This document shows positions 39,843 through 52,805 of a stretch of DNA of 64,000 bases, piece after piece (position 1 is the stretch's first letter; each line of letters starts with the position of its first letter). The notes below the pieces were generated by a model that was not told the origin of the DNA, did not search any database, and saw only the letters and a program-made list of their open reading frames with translations. Both the position numbers and the translations under genes were made by a program. Source of the DNA: Octopus vulgaris (taxonomy: Eukaryota); contig OX597814.1 in NCBI GenBank assembly GCA_951406725.2, positions 162,936,001-163,000,000 on the forward strand, written 5' to 3'.

Positions 39843-41046
39843 ATGTATGTATGTATGTATGTATGTATATATATAAAATGAATATATTATTTTGATATGT
39901 GTATGTATATGTGTGTGTGTATATGCGTGTATGTATATATGCTTACATGTATGTATATCTGATGAGCTTCCCTCATGCCATTCTTAGCGCAGATTGACAA
40001 ACTGAAACCAAATTAAAGGTAACATACATATTATTAGTATTCTATAGAATATAGTGGCATATTTCGGCAATGCGGATCTAATTATGGGGGAATTAAAGCC
40101 AAATGTTACAGTAACACATTCTTCAAGTTTATCTTTGTTATAGTTACAGATGACTAATGCAGAAGCGGAGAACCCAGACAGAAATAGATATGTACTCGTT
40201 TGAACTCATTCCTAAAATTCCACATGTGTACCAAAATATTCATACACCCAGTTTAAGTCGTTCCCAGACATTCTCTAACCGAGAAACGAAAACAGAATGG
40301 TGTAGAGTCATACGGAGAAAGAAATTTAATCTAGATTATATTTTTGGAAGGGGAGAAAATGAAAAGAGAGAGAGAGAGAGAGTAAAGCTTACAGGGTATG
40401 TATATATATAAGGGATATGTATGTGTGTGTGTGTGTGTTTGTGTGCGTGTGTGTGCGTGCGTGCACATTTGTGTGTGTGTTTGTGTATGCATATATATAT
40501 ATATATGCACTTATATATGCGTGTGCGTGTATGTGACTGTACATGTGTTTGTGTGTGTGCTTATGTAGTAGATTATGGGGTACTATATGTTGCATTCTTA
40601 AAAACTAAAATGCTAAAGTACCAGAAATACTAAATTACTAGAGTACTTAAACACATACGCCAGCGCACGCGCACACACAATCGCGCGCAAATACACACGC
40701 ATACACACACACACATACACACACACACACAATTACACCACCAATAAACTTCATACTCTTAATACATACACGCAAAATGTATAATCTGTTATGCACGCAC
40801 ACCAAGATATATATTTTGTCTTCTAATAAATACATATACACACACGCACACACCCAGACATATATATACACATACATACAAACATACATACCTACATGCA
40901 TACATATATATATATATATATATATCACAATCAAGGAACGGCCATAATAGGCCATTCACCCACTAGAAATAACAGCCAAAAGCTTTAACCGCAAAATAAC
41001 ATTAATACCGTAAACCAGGAGAAAATTGAAAAACTTTTACCCTGTA

Positions 41047-41153
41047 ATTTCTTAGACGATGCACCGTTTCATCTACCGTTTAATGGTAAACTAACCTGAT
41101 TAAATTAAATCAAGCCAATCCACCATAGGCCCTTAGACTCATCAGTAAGAAAT
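41047..41153 (-). ncRNA. type I hammerhead ribozyme, copy 1
   Basis: AUUUCUUA-CUGAUGA-GUCUA(long loop)UAGAU-GAAA-CGGUGCAUCG-UC-UAAGAAAU. Confidence 0.8.
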
Positions 41154-41530
41154 AGCCAAATTGGAACAGATATTTTTCACGAGGCATTCCTCTTGCTACC
41201 TCGGCAATATCTGACCTAAAATTTTCAAATCGTCGCACTCGCGCCAAATTTATCGGCAGCAAATAAACCACCGATTCCGTTACGGAACTAACCAGAAAAT
41301 TCATAATTAATCAATATAGGGTGGCAAAAAAATTTTGTAGAATTCTTTTGCCACCAGCGGCCTAGTAGGAAAAAATTAAATAGTCATAAACCATTTTTAC
41401 GTTCAACATCACAATCAAGGAACGGCCATAATAGGCCATTCACCCACTAGAAATAACAGCCAAAAGCTTTAACCGCAAAATAACATTAATACCGTAAACC
41501 AGGAGAAAATTGAAAAATTTTTACCCTGTA

Positions 41531-41637
41531 ATTTCTTAGACGATGCACCGTTTCATCTACCGTTTAATGGTAAACTAACCTGATTAAATTAAATCAAGCC
41601 AATCCACCATAGGCCCTTAGACTCATCAGTAAGAAAT
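41531..41637 (-). ncRNA. type I hammerhead ribozyme, copy 2
   Basis: Identical motif, 484 bp from copy 1. Confidence 0.8.
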
Positions 41638-42014
41638 AGCCAAATCGGAACAGATATTTTTCACGAGGCATTCCTCTTGCTACCTCGGCAATATCTGACC
41701 TAAAATTTTCAAATCGTCGCACTCGCGCCAAATTTATCGGCAGCAAATAAACCACCGATTCCGTTACGGAACTAACCAGAAAATTCATAATTAATCAATA
41801 TAGGGTGGCAAAAAAATTTTGTAGAATTCTTTTGCCACCAGCGGCCTAGTAGGAAAAAATTAAATAGTCATAAACCATTTTTACGTTCAATATCACAATC
41901 AAGGAACGGCCATAATAGGCCATTCACCCACTAGAAATAACAGCCAAAAGCTTTAACCGCAAAATAACATTAATACCGTAAACCAGGAGAAAATTGAAAA
42001 ACTTTTACCCTGTA

Positions 42015-42121
42015 ATTTCTTAGACGATGCACCGTTTCATCTACCGTTTAATGGTAAACTAACCTGATTAAATTAAATCAAGCCAATCCACCATAGGCCC
42101 TTAGACTCATCAGTAAGAAAT
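42015..42121 (-). ncRNA. type I hammerhead ribozyme, copy 3
   Basis: Identical motif, 484 bp from copy 2. Confidence 0.8.
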
Positions 42122-42633
42122 AGCCAAATCGGAACAGATATTTTTCACGAGGCATTCCTATAGAGTCTAAGGGCCTATGGTGGATTGGCTTGATTTAATT
42201 TAATCAGGTTAGTTTACCATTAAACGGTAGATGAAACGGTGCATCGTCTAAGAAATTACAGGGTAAAAGTTTTTCAATTTTCTCCTGGTTTACGGTATTA
42301 ATGTTATTTTGCAGTTAAAGCTTTTGGCTGTTATTTCTAGTGGGTGAATGGCCTATTATGGCCGTTCCTTGATTGTGATGTTGAACGTAAAAATGGTTTA
42401 TGACTATTTAATTTTTTCCTACTAGGCCGCTGGTGGCAAAAGAATTCTACAAAATTCTTTTGCCACCCTATATTGATTAATTATGAATTTTCTGGTTAGT
42501 TCCGTAACGGAATCGGTGGTTTATTTGCTGCCGATAAATTTGGCGCGAGTGCGACGATTTGAAAATTTTAGGTCAGATATTGCCGAGGTAGCAAGAGGAA
42601 TGCCTCGTGAAAAATATCTGTTCCGATTTGGCT

Positions 42634-42740
42634 ATTTCTTACTGATGAGTCTAAGGGCCTATGGTGGATTGGCTTGATTTAATTTAATCAGGTTAGTTTA
42701 CCATTAAACGGTAGATGAAACGGTGCATCGTCTAAGAAAT
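42634..42740 (+). ncRNA. type I hammerhead ribozyme, copy 4 (inverted arm)
   Basis: CTGATGA at 42642-42648, GAAA at 42717-42720, GTC site at 42730-42732, 8-bp stem I ATTTCTTA/TAAGAAAT. Confidence 0.8.
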
Positions 42741-43034
42741 TACAGGGTAAAAGTTTTTCAATTTTCTCCTGGTTTACGGTATTAATGTTATTTTGCGGTT
42801 AAAGCTTTTGGCTGTTATTTCTAGTGGGTGAATGGCCTATTATGGCCGTTCCTTGATTGTGATGTTGAACGTAAAAATGGTTTATGACTATTTAATTTTT
42901 TCCTACTAGACCGCTGGTGGCAAAAGAATTCTACAAAATTTTTTTGCCACCCTATATTGATTATATATATATATATATATATATATAATCCTTAAATCCT
43001 TAAAAATGTTTTAGCCCGAAAGCCGCGGCCAAAC

Positions 43035-43250
43035 CAGCAAAAATATAACAAAAGCTGTCACTCAGAGTTTCACGTTCCCGTTCGTCGGACAGTTTTGTTA
43101 AAAACAAAAACTGTCCGACGAACGGGAAAGTGAAACTCTGAGTAGCAGCTTTTGTTATACTTCTGCTGCTTTTAAATAAAGCATATTACTCTACCTCTGG
43201 TATTTGAGTAATCTTTTTTCCACCTTGTTTCACAATTATGTATTTACTCC
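43035..43250. mobile_element. palindromic element with two divergent hammerhead-like motifs
   Basis: Inverted arms ~43035-43098 and ~43103-43168; the plus arm continues through AATAAA to ~43250, then (TATG)n. Confidence 0.7.
43111..43148 (+). ncRNA. hammerhead-like motif with CCGACGA core (mirror copy at 43055-43092, minus)
   Basis: CUGU-CCGACGA-ACG(GGAA)AGU-GAAA-CUCUGAG-UA-GCAG; the minus copy has an intact stem II (ACG/CGU) but a GUG site. Confidence 0.55.
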
Positions 43251-43293
43251 AGTATGTATGTATGTATGTATGTATGTATGTATGTATGTATGT

Positions 43294-43353
<60 letters not shown>

Positions 43354-43940
43354 ATATATATATACATATATATATATATGAATGAATATATACGTATATA
43401 TATATGTGTGTGTGTACGCGCGCGTTTGTGCGTGTGTGTGTGTGTGTGTGAGTGTGAGTCACTGTGTGTGTCTAAAATAGATAACAGACGCGTACATCCG
43501 AAGGCACATCCTAATTTGTCTCAACAAGAGTGATCTGTAACTAATTAAGAATTAATTAGAGGTATCACAAAAGTCTATGGGAAGGAAGTGAAACGGGAAG
43601 GGAGATTTCAAAATATATCGATACAAAAAAGATAAGTATGTGTTTATTTATCACCATTACTCTTTGCGTAATGTTACCTCGCCCAAGGTTGCAGTTCATG
43701 AACCGGAATAACGAGACATTTCGTAATGATACCATAATACACATAAAATTTTGCCGTATAGGGGCAATAAAGTATATATATGTAGATATATAATCCGGCA
43801 GATGTATATATGCACGTATGTATGTATGTATGTATGTATGTATGTATGTATGTATGTATGTATGTATGTATGTATGTATGTATGTGCATGCATGTATGTA
43901 CGTACTTGTGTATGTATGTATAACATAATGCATACATGCG

Positions 43941-43974
<34 letters not shown>

Positions 43975-44337
43975 CTAGCACTATGACCGGGCAACGCCGG
44001 GTTTTAGTGCTAGTGCATGCATATACAGCTGCCTGCGTGTGCACATACACGCGAGTACTGTCCAAATTTCCGACCAATCACATACAGCTAGCTGGCATTC
44101 AATTGGCGTATCAAGTTTCGGGCATTTTGATTGGGTCTTGGATAGAAAATTCACAAAAAAAGTCACTTCTATTGATTTTTTAATGGCTTTGCGGGGTGAC
44201 TGGGAAAATGTAAAGATGTGAATGGCCATCCTTGGACGGTTTTCGATGACCATAGAAAGTGCGATCCCTCTAACTGAAAAATTGTGGATTTGTATAAAGG
44301 ACACACACACAGACATTTTGCCGTTTATATATATAGA
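43975..44337 (-). mobile_element. non-autonomous Helitron-like element
   Basis: Minus strand starts A|TCTATATATATAAACGG and ends with a CCGG-bounded hairpin followed by CTAG|T; no TSD. Confidence 0.65.
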
Positions 44338-45206
44338 TATATAGATATATATGTGTGTGTGTGTGTGTGTGTGTATAAGTGTGTGTCTGTGTGCGTACAT
44401 AAATACATTTACATATATACACAAAAATTGATCTTGAATGAGACTTCAAGTCCTGTCTGTGTGTGTGTGTGTATGTGTATGTGTATTTGTGTGTGTGTGT
44501 TTGCGTGTTTGTGTGTGGTTTTATGTGTGTGTGTCTGTGTGTCTGTGTGTTTGTGTGTGTGTGTGTGTGTTTGCGTGTTTGTGTGTGCGTTTGTGTGTGT
44601 GTGTGTTTGTGTGTGTCTTTCTGTTTGTGTGCGTGTGTGTTTGTGTGCTTGTGTGTGTTTTTGTGTCTGTGTGTGTGAGTGCGTGTAAATGTATGTGTGT
44701 GTGTGTGTGTGTGCATATGCTTGTGTATGGATGTAAGTTGGATGTTTCAGGATGCAACAATTTGAGGGTGTTTCAGTAGATGAGCATGTGCATGCATGTA
44801 TGATAGAGGGCAGCCTGAACAGTGATGCAGTTCCCAGAGAAAAATAAAAAAAAAAGCACATCATGCCATTTCCGTCTGAGTCGAAGTCTTCCCACATATC
44901 TCTGTTAATGAAGAGAAGGGAGCAAGAAAAAACAAAAACCTGAAAAAAATCAAAAAAGAAAAAATAACAAAACACGAAATAACATCATTTCTGCATCAGC
45001 CCGAAACAACGATAAATCCGCAACAACAACAACAACAACAAATACACTATCACAAATACACTCTCTATACTAACAGCAACAAAAACACACACAAAAGAAA
45101 CAACGAAGACTCAAGAGAAAAACCAGGAGACGAAAGCGGAAACTCGATAATAACGAATACAAAAACAACCACTGCATCTACAACTTCACCTGCAACATCA
45201 ACAACA

Positions 45207-45591
45207 GTGGAAGCGCAATAGCCCAATGGTCAGGGCAGCGGACTCGCGGTCGGAGGATCGCGGTTTCGATTCCCAGACCGGGCGTTGTGTGTGTTTATTG
45301 AGCGAAAACACCTAAAAGCTCCACGAGGCTCCGGCAGGGTGGTGGTGGTGGTGACCCCTGTTGTACTCTTTCGCTCCAACTTTCTCTCACTCTTTCTTCC
45401 TGTTTCTTTACCCCGACTTCCTACGCAACCGCTGAGCCTGGATGCGCATTCATCCATCGGTCGATGCTCTCTGTGTCAGGGGTTGACCTGCTTTCTCTTC
45501 TGCGGGTCTTACGAATAGCAAAGGACCACGTTTCGGACTTCTCCCGCTACAAGACGAAGACCGCTTCGCTCAACAAACAAACAAACAAACA
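45207..45591 (+). mobile_element. tRNA-derived SINE (family D) with (AAAC)n tail
   Basis: A box TAGCCCAATGG, B box GTTTCGATTCCC; 13-bp TSD AACATCAACAACA at 45194-45206 and 45592-45604. Confidence 0.85.
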
Positions 45592-45999
45592 AACATCAAC
45601 AACAAACTGTGCTCACATCCAACTTTGAGCTAATCAGAAAAAAAGCATTAAAAACACTATCTTACAAAGTGGAGATATAGACAGAGGGAGAGGCAATTAA
45701 TAAATCACAGTGAAAGTCCAGGAGGAACTGAAATTGGTAAAGGATGCCAATAGACAGATACTGGGAAATAAAAGAAAGTTTCCAACATGAGTTGGGAACC
45801 CCAGTATCGTGACCTGGAACAGGCTATTTTAAGATTTCCCGAAGGAACCAGCCACATAGAATGGATTCCGATACACCTGATTGCCTACTGAAAAGTCATA
45901 TAGATAGGTGACTCATATTTTTTCTTCTTTTCTTTCCAACCATCTTGGCAGTTTTAAAAGTGGATTGTATAAATGCACTTGAGTTGGGAGTCACATACT

Positions 46000-46990
46000 C
46001 AGTATTTCTATGTCACTGATTATGTACTTGATAGTTCTCAGTGAAACAAGGATTTCCAATACACGTACTCTGGCACCCGATTTTTGATGACTTCGAGATT
46101 TACGCATCTCCAAGCTGATTTGCAATGTGAGGAATGACAGTGTTGTTTTGGAAAGGCCTAGCCCTCGAGATACGGTCGATCTCCCACGATCAGGACTGCA
46201 AGTTGGTGATTATGGACGTGAACAGTAATTAAGGGAATGCCTTCGACTACGCACCAACTGAGGGAGAGCGACTAAAATTTCTGCAGGCGTCTGAAAGTTT
46301 TCTTCATAATGTCCTGCTCTTTAGAGTTAGCGGGCGACTGGGACATCCTCTTGAATGTACGTTTGGATCGTGTGAGACTAGCTGATAGTAGATAGGTGTA
46401 GAAACCTCGCAGATCTCTTCAGACATTTTCAACTGTCTCACAGATAGCGATTGTGTTTTCTGAATGGCCAATGTGGACATCAGAACAACAGCATCGGGCC
46501 ATCCAGATCGTATCTAGAGAGAATATTCTGTAGGCCAGCAGACAAAGATAGCGTAGGGTGTCCACAATCTAAATTAGCCGACTGTACTGACCACAAATTT
46601 ATGATTTGCACACCGACCTAGGTATTCTGCATAGGCAGGGGCCCGGTTACTGAAAATTGATTGTGTCTTACCCGGTGCGCCAAGCTTATAGGGACCGAAT
46701 CAGAGAACTAGTGAAGCGGGAGTTGCCGGGGTAATTGTCAATAGCCCCGATGGTGGTTAACCTGAAAAGGGCTATTAGATTTTAAAGTCGATAAAGTTTA
46801 GTTAGGAAAGAGTGACAGAGAAATCCAGACTAGAGGAAAAGCATTGCGATTGATGTGCTGGCAGTAAGATTGGCCTTTAACCAATTCTTCAATGCAATGC
46901 AGAAAGGTTGCGTTGTCAGAGCTAGGGCTTGTGCTCTGAAACATGAAAGAAAGGAAAGCTGTTCAATGGGCCCGGGTATCAAAGGTGCAA
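46000..46990 (+). pseudogene. L1/Tx1-type LINE ORF2 endonuclease remnant
   Basis: Degenerate AGDW..LDR, WT, RSYLERI, TDHK and GPGY*KL motifs in the order expected for an APE domain. Confidence 0.7.
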
Positions 46991-47774
46991 AGCCGTGATT
47001 CTGTCTTTGACTGATCGGAAGGATCACATGCTACTTGATTCCAAGCAGTTGTTGGAAAATGCATTACAGAGCAAAGAAGTAATTCAATTTTGTATAACAT
47101 TATTCGTTATTTCTACCATTACGGAGTATTTTTTTTTTTTTTTTTTTTTGTATAACAGATATGGGGATCAAAAAAATATATGATTAAAATCTGAGCAAGG
47201 ACTTGGCTTGCTAACAAACCAGCAATCGAATTATAGCTGCATCAGTGACTGATGAATGTCAATTCTTAACTAACTAAAGATTTTAATACCCAAAATTAGC
47301 ATCGAATTGGATGTCTCAGATATGGTACTTCTATGAAGGACTTTATTTTTGTACTTTTTGTTTTAAATACTTTGTAGTAAATCTAAAAACCCTTCCTTGC
47401 AGTTTTCAGTTAGCTGATATATGAAAACTTATCGTTGACATCATGGCTGACGATTATAGCTGTCACTACAATATATTTTGTTTTTGATGAATAGCAATGA
47501 ATGTTGTGTTTAGAGATGTCATAACAATGTGTATATTATCAGCACTGTCATGCCACTGAAGACTGGGTCTTCGTGACACAATCCTTGCAATAACGCTGAT
47601 AGCAACCACTTAGAAGTTTGCATTAAATTATAGATAAATAGCAGGCAACAAAATAGCTTCATGTGGTCGCTCGACTTGCTAGAAATAGCAGACAGATCTC
47701 TTTCAAATAATATCTTTAAAAAAGAAAGTGTGCATCAATAAGCGTAGTTTTTAAGTACACTATATTTAAAAAAA

Positions 47775-48005
47775 GGCGGCGAGCTGGCAGAAACGTTAGC
47801 ACGCCGGGAGAAATGCGTAGCCGTATTTCGTCTGCCGTTATGTTCTGAGTTCAAATTCCGCCGAGGTTGACTTTGCCTTTCATCCTTTCGGGGTCGATAA
47901 ATTAAGTACCAGTTACGCACTGGAGTCGATATAATCGACTTAATCCGTTTATCTGTCCTTGTTTGTCCCCTCTGTGTTTAGCCCCTTGTGGGTAGTAAAG
48001 AAATA
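47775..48005 (+). mobile_element. SINE family A, full length
   Basis: Complete head, core and tail; TATATTTAAAAAA on both flanks. Confidence 0.9.
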
Positions 48006-48354
48006 TATATTTAAAAAACACATCAACGAAAGACGAGATGGTAACTGTTTCAGCGCCTTTCATCATAGATTTTCTCGAAAAGGTTGACCTAGAGTTAAGC
48101 AACAATAACAATCACATGACTGACATGAATGAAAATAAATAGCTACAACTGAGGAGGCTAACTCTACTCCACAACCCTTTATGTTCTGAGTTCAAATAGC
48201 GCTGAGATTAACTGTTCCAAGCATTCTTTTGGGGGTCGATAAAGTAAAGTATTAGGGCCTACATAATCGGTTAACTCCTTCTCAAATTCATGGTTTTATA
48301 CTTACGTTAGAAATTATTAGCCTCCAAACATCTCACCCTTAGAAGAGATGGCAG

Positions 48355-48590
48355 TGAGGGTAGTGGCTTATTGGTTTGGGTGCTGCATTCACGATCTTGC
48401 GAGTGTGGTTTCGATTTCTGAACCGGGTGTTCCGCTGTATTCTTGAGCAAAACACCTCATTTCATGTTGCAACAGTCCACTCAGCTGTAAATGAGTAACC
48501 CTGCAGAGGAATGACCTCCTACTCAGGGGCAATGTTGTGATCTCGGTCACAGAAACCGGGAAAACGGCCCTATGAGTCCGCGAACTCAAG
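48355..48590 (+). mobile_element. SINE family B
   Basis: tRNA head, TTGAGCAAAACAC...CACTCAGCTGTAAATGAGTA, tail GAAACCGGGAAA...GGCCC. Confidence 0.8.
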
Positions 48591-49059
48591 GCAGAAGAGA
48601 CTGAAAATAAGAAATGGTTTTGTTCATGTCATTTCCAAGATCTTTAATTCGGTGAAGTGCGATAGTGATACATAACAATCGAAACCATGTTTCTGACTTG
48701 TATTGCCAGAAGTTTATCTCAGTAACTTACGTTCTTTTGTTATATGTAGCATTTGCTGAACAAAAACGTCGATCAAGCCAATGAGGTCGATAAACCTGCT
48801 AAAAGCAGCAGCCAAATCTTCCACAATTAGCATTCTATCTTCCAAAAAAATGACACGCAGAATAATATAGTCATGGACTCCCTGTGCATAAGAAAACGAC
48901 GTGGTGGTCATAGGGTATCATCTTTGGTCTTTGGTCTCCCTTCACAGCTTACCATCATCTTGTCTCCCCACCATACACAGACTGATCGTCAGGACCATTA
49001 GAGCTAATATACATATATATATATACATAACTTTATATATATACACACATACATACATG

Positions 49060-49195
<136 letters not shown>

Positions 49196-50626
49196 CATAT
49201 TCATGCATACCTGCATTCATATATGGTGGATATCGACTCGTGACCGAGTAAACCACTTCTTAAATTCATTTCATTTGAAGAAACTCTTTACGTTTGGTTT
49301 CCTTATCGTTGTTAATGTCTCAAATGGCTCTTAAGGCCTGCAAGTGAGGTGCAAGTCATTCCTCGTGGGTTGCAGATTAGACTTCCACAGCTGTCTGGCT
49401 ATCTAGGTGTTGGGATTTGTGACACCAAGCGAGTCCTATACACTTCGTCACACAAGGTGCGTAGTGGGATAATTCTGGACATCATATTGCTAGACGCGTG
49501 TGTTTTTGTAACTACGTTTGTGATTGAATAGGCCTTCCTTTGAGAAATACATACAAGCATGCATGCATATATACATAATACATGCATACATACATACATA
49601 CATACATACATACATACATACATACATACATACATACATACATACGTACATACATACATAAATTCATACATACATACATATGAGCACATGACGGGTTTCT
49701 GCACATTTCTTGTTTACCAAGTTTGATTCAAGTCCAAGTTGCCTACAGATGGAAAATACCATATTATTGATAACACAAATGGCCTGCGTGTGCGCATGAG
49801 TTTGTGTGCGTATTTGTATACATATGTATACATATGTATGTGTGCGTGCCTAGCCATTATGAAGGGAACGCACGTGTACAACTGTTCAGAGAAGACATAA
49901 ATAAGCCGTAAGAGGGAAATAACGAGCTTTATATATTGACAGAATAACGCCGGAGAAAATTTGAATTGCTGTCTGTTAAATATGATACGAGTAAAAATAG
50001 AGGAGTTTACCACAGAAATTTAATAAAAGATCGCGATAAGAAATAACTGTTGAATGCTAAGGCAGAAATAGAGTCAAATTACTATCAGCAAATAGTATGA
50101 TTTGTAAAACGTGAACGTTACAGATATGTTTTATATCCCAAGAAAGGAAACTCGCTCGATAAGCTTATTTTGCTACAGGTAATATTTGTCGTGTCACATT
50201 GCCTTAAAAGATATATTTGCAATTTGCAATGATGTTGATTAACTGATAAATTTTCCTTCTAGGTGGTCCTGTTAATGAATTTATCTGTTACGTGCTGAAA
50301 TAAGAAATTAATTATATTTTAAAATCATGAATAATCTAAGTCAAATGGCTCCCTTTAACAACGGCTGTCTAAGATACACTTTCTCTTATTGAATTAATTG
50401 TTCCCGACAAGCTACATCTGAAACTAACCTTAACATCAACTATCTATGAATAATGAATTTCCTAAAACTAAAAAGCTCGACGTGGGTATGGCTGTATGGT
50501 CAGGTTCTCCACATGACCACGCGGTTTCGGGTTCAATTCTAATGCGTAGCACCGAAAACAGTGCTACGCAATAAACTCGAACCCGAAGTGTATTTTATCA
50601 GATGTTAAGGTCATTGCTAACATGAT

Positions 50627-50889
50627 AAATAAATAAATAAATGCGCCCTTTTAAAGTCTAGCCAGGCTCATGGGCCCAGTTTCCCGGTTTCCATAGCGTA
50701 TGTGTTCCCCAGCTGGATGGGACGCCAGTCCATCGCAGCGTTACTCATTTTTGCCAGCTGAATGGACTGGAGCAACGTGAAATGAAGTGTTTTACTCAAG
50801 AACACAACGCGCCGCCCGGTCCAGGAATCGAAACCACAATCTTATGATCATGATGCTAACACCCTGACCACTAAGCCACGCGCCTCCAC
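50627..50889 (-). mobile_element. SINE family B with TSD
   Basis: 12-bp TSD TGCTAACATGAT at 50615-50626 and 50890-50901; (TTTA)n tail. Confidence 0.9.
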
Positions 50890-52244
50890 TGCTAACATGA
50901 TGCAGTGAGTAAAAAAATAATTCTTTCTAATCTTGGCACAAAGCCAGCAGTTTTGAAGGGAAAGGAAGTCGGTAACATCGACCTCAGGGGTTAGCAGGTA
51001 TAATATTCTATCAGCCCGAAATGATGAAAGGTAAAGTGGATTTCGGTAGAATTTGAACTCAGAGCGTATACAGATAGAACAAACGCCTCTAGGTAATTTA
51101 TCAAGCGCAGTTGCGATTCTGCCAGCTCCCCGCCTAAATTAATTAATAAAAAGTGAGGCGAAATAATCATTAGCTTAATAATTCATTCTGGTCAAGGAAG
51201 ACAAGGGAATTTATGAAAATTTGTTGGAAATAGAATGTGACCAAATTTGGGAGGAATGAGTCCGATCTTGGCAATACAGCCATAACTCTGTACATAATTC
51301 GGTAGTATTATACTTTTTTAGTGAAGTATATAGTCTTTAACAATACTACCGAGTAAAGATGTCTTAAAAGATATGTAGGTTGTTCATTAACAAACAGTGA
51401 ATGTCGTGTTAACTAGAATACAGATCAGATAAAAACCTCCGTTCAACAAAAGCAGTATGAAAGAAATTTAATTAACGAAATCTGTCGATGCCAGTCGATT
51501 AGAATAAAACCACGGATGGCCTATTGGATATTGTCGCGGACATATAGCCGAGAGGTCAGCGATTCGTGACTTGTCCGTGACTGCATTGTTTCAATGGATA
51601 TGACACTTGACAGTTAATTGTCAAAATAGTCCATTGCCCCGAGATGTGAATAGATACTGTTACTCCTACTTGAAAAATTGAACTCCCGAAGATAGTAATA
51701 GTAAACCACATTTGTAATGTACTAGAAAATTCTTGTTGGTGTTGCCGTCCCACATAACTACTTGCGTAATATATTTTTGAATGTCTCAGTTGATTCTCTT
51801 CCTTTCTAAAATATTATCTTTTGTACAGTCAATATAAATCGATATGAGCATAATGATGGAATCTCCACGGTTATTTTGAAAACTTTACGATTGTTGGAAG
51901 TTAACAGAAAACCATGAAATGTAATTATTTTGAAATTGAATTTTTTTTTCCTGACCTGTTTGAATCTTGTGATATAAAATCGCCATTAGTTGTACTGAAG
52001 GTGTAGTGCTAGGAGAGAACATCCATAACCTTTGTTACAAATTTGTAACCTCTTCTACTACAAGTGTTGCTATTTTTATGTCAAGAAGGCGACAACCTTA
52101 ACTATAACGCTATGTTCAGTTACAACACGACTATGTACACAACATTTTAACAACACATAATAAATTTTATTAGTTTTATTTTTATATCAGTTTATCACTG
52201 GACTTAAACCCGCTGTACAATAACTATCCATTACGTTGATTATA

Positions 52245-52420
<176 letters not shown>

Positions 52421-52805
52421 GGGGGAGAGAGAGAGAGATAGATAGAGACAGAGACAGGCAGAGAGAAAGAGAGAGACAGGCAGAGAGAAAGAGAGAGAGA
52501 CAGGCAGAGAGAAAGAGAGAGAGACAGGCAAAGAGAAGGAAAGAGAGAGAATGATTGAATATATGTATGTTTGTATGTATGTATGTGTGCATGCATATAT
52601 AAATTAATGTATGTATCTATGTATTATGTTGTTCTCTTTCTCATTTCTAATTTAGAACAAATTTTGACCGACCACCTATTTGGTAGCAATGTTGTGAAGG
52701 AAAGAATCCTTTGTTCATTACCCGTTACATCATAAGGTCTTGGAGATTTTTATAGTTCAAGATAATCGTGATCATTTGTAGTGTATGTATGTATGTATGT
52801 ATGTT

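Larger units (their letters stand above)
40924..42963. mobile_element. 484-bp tandem plus inverted repeat array with hammerhead ribozymes (retrozyme / Penelope pLTR-like)
   Basis: Units start at 40924, 41408 and 41892 (third truncated at 42159); inverted array 42163-42963; only scattered substitutions between units; (TA)n on both flanks. Confidence 0.9.

Noticed and set aside
41110-41304. 64-aa ORF MNFLVSSVTESV repeated three times
   Set aside because: Recurs only because the 484-bp unit is repeated; no recognisable homology, and it overlaps the ribozyme. Coding in a circular RNA cannot be excluded but has no support.
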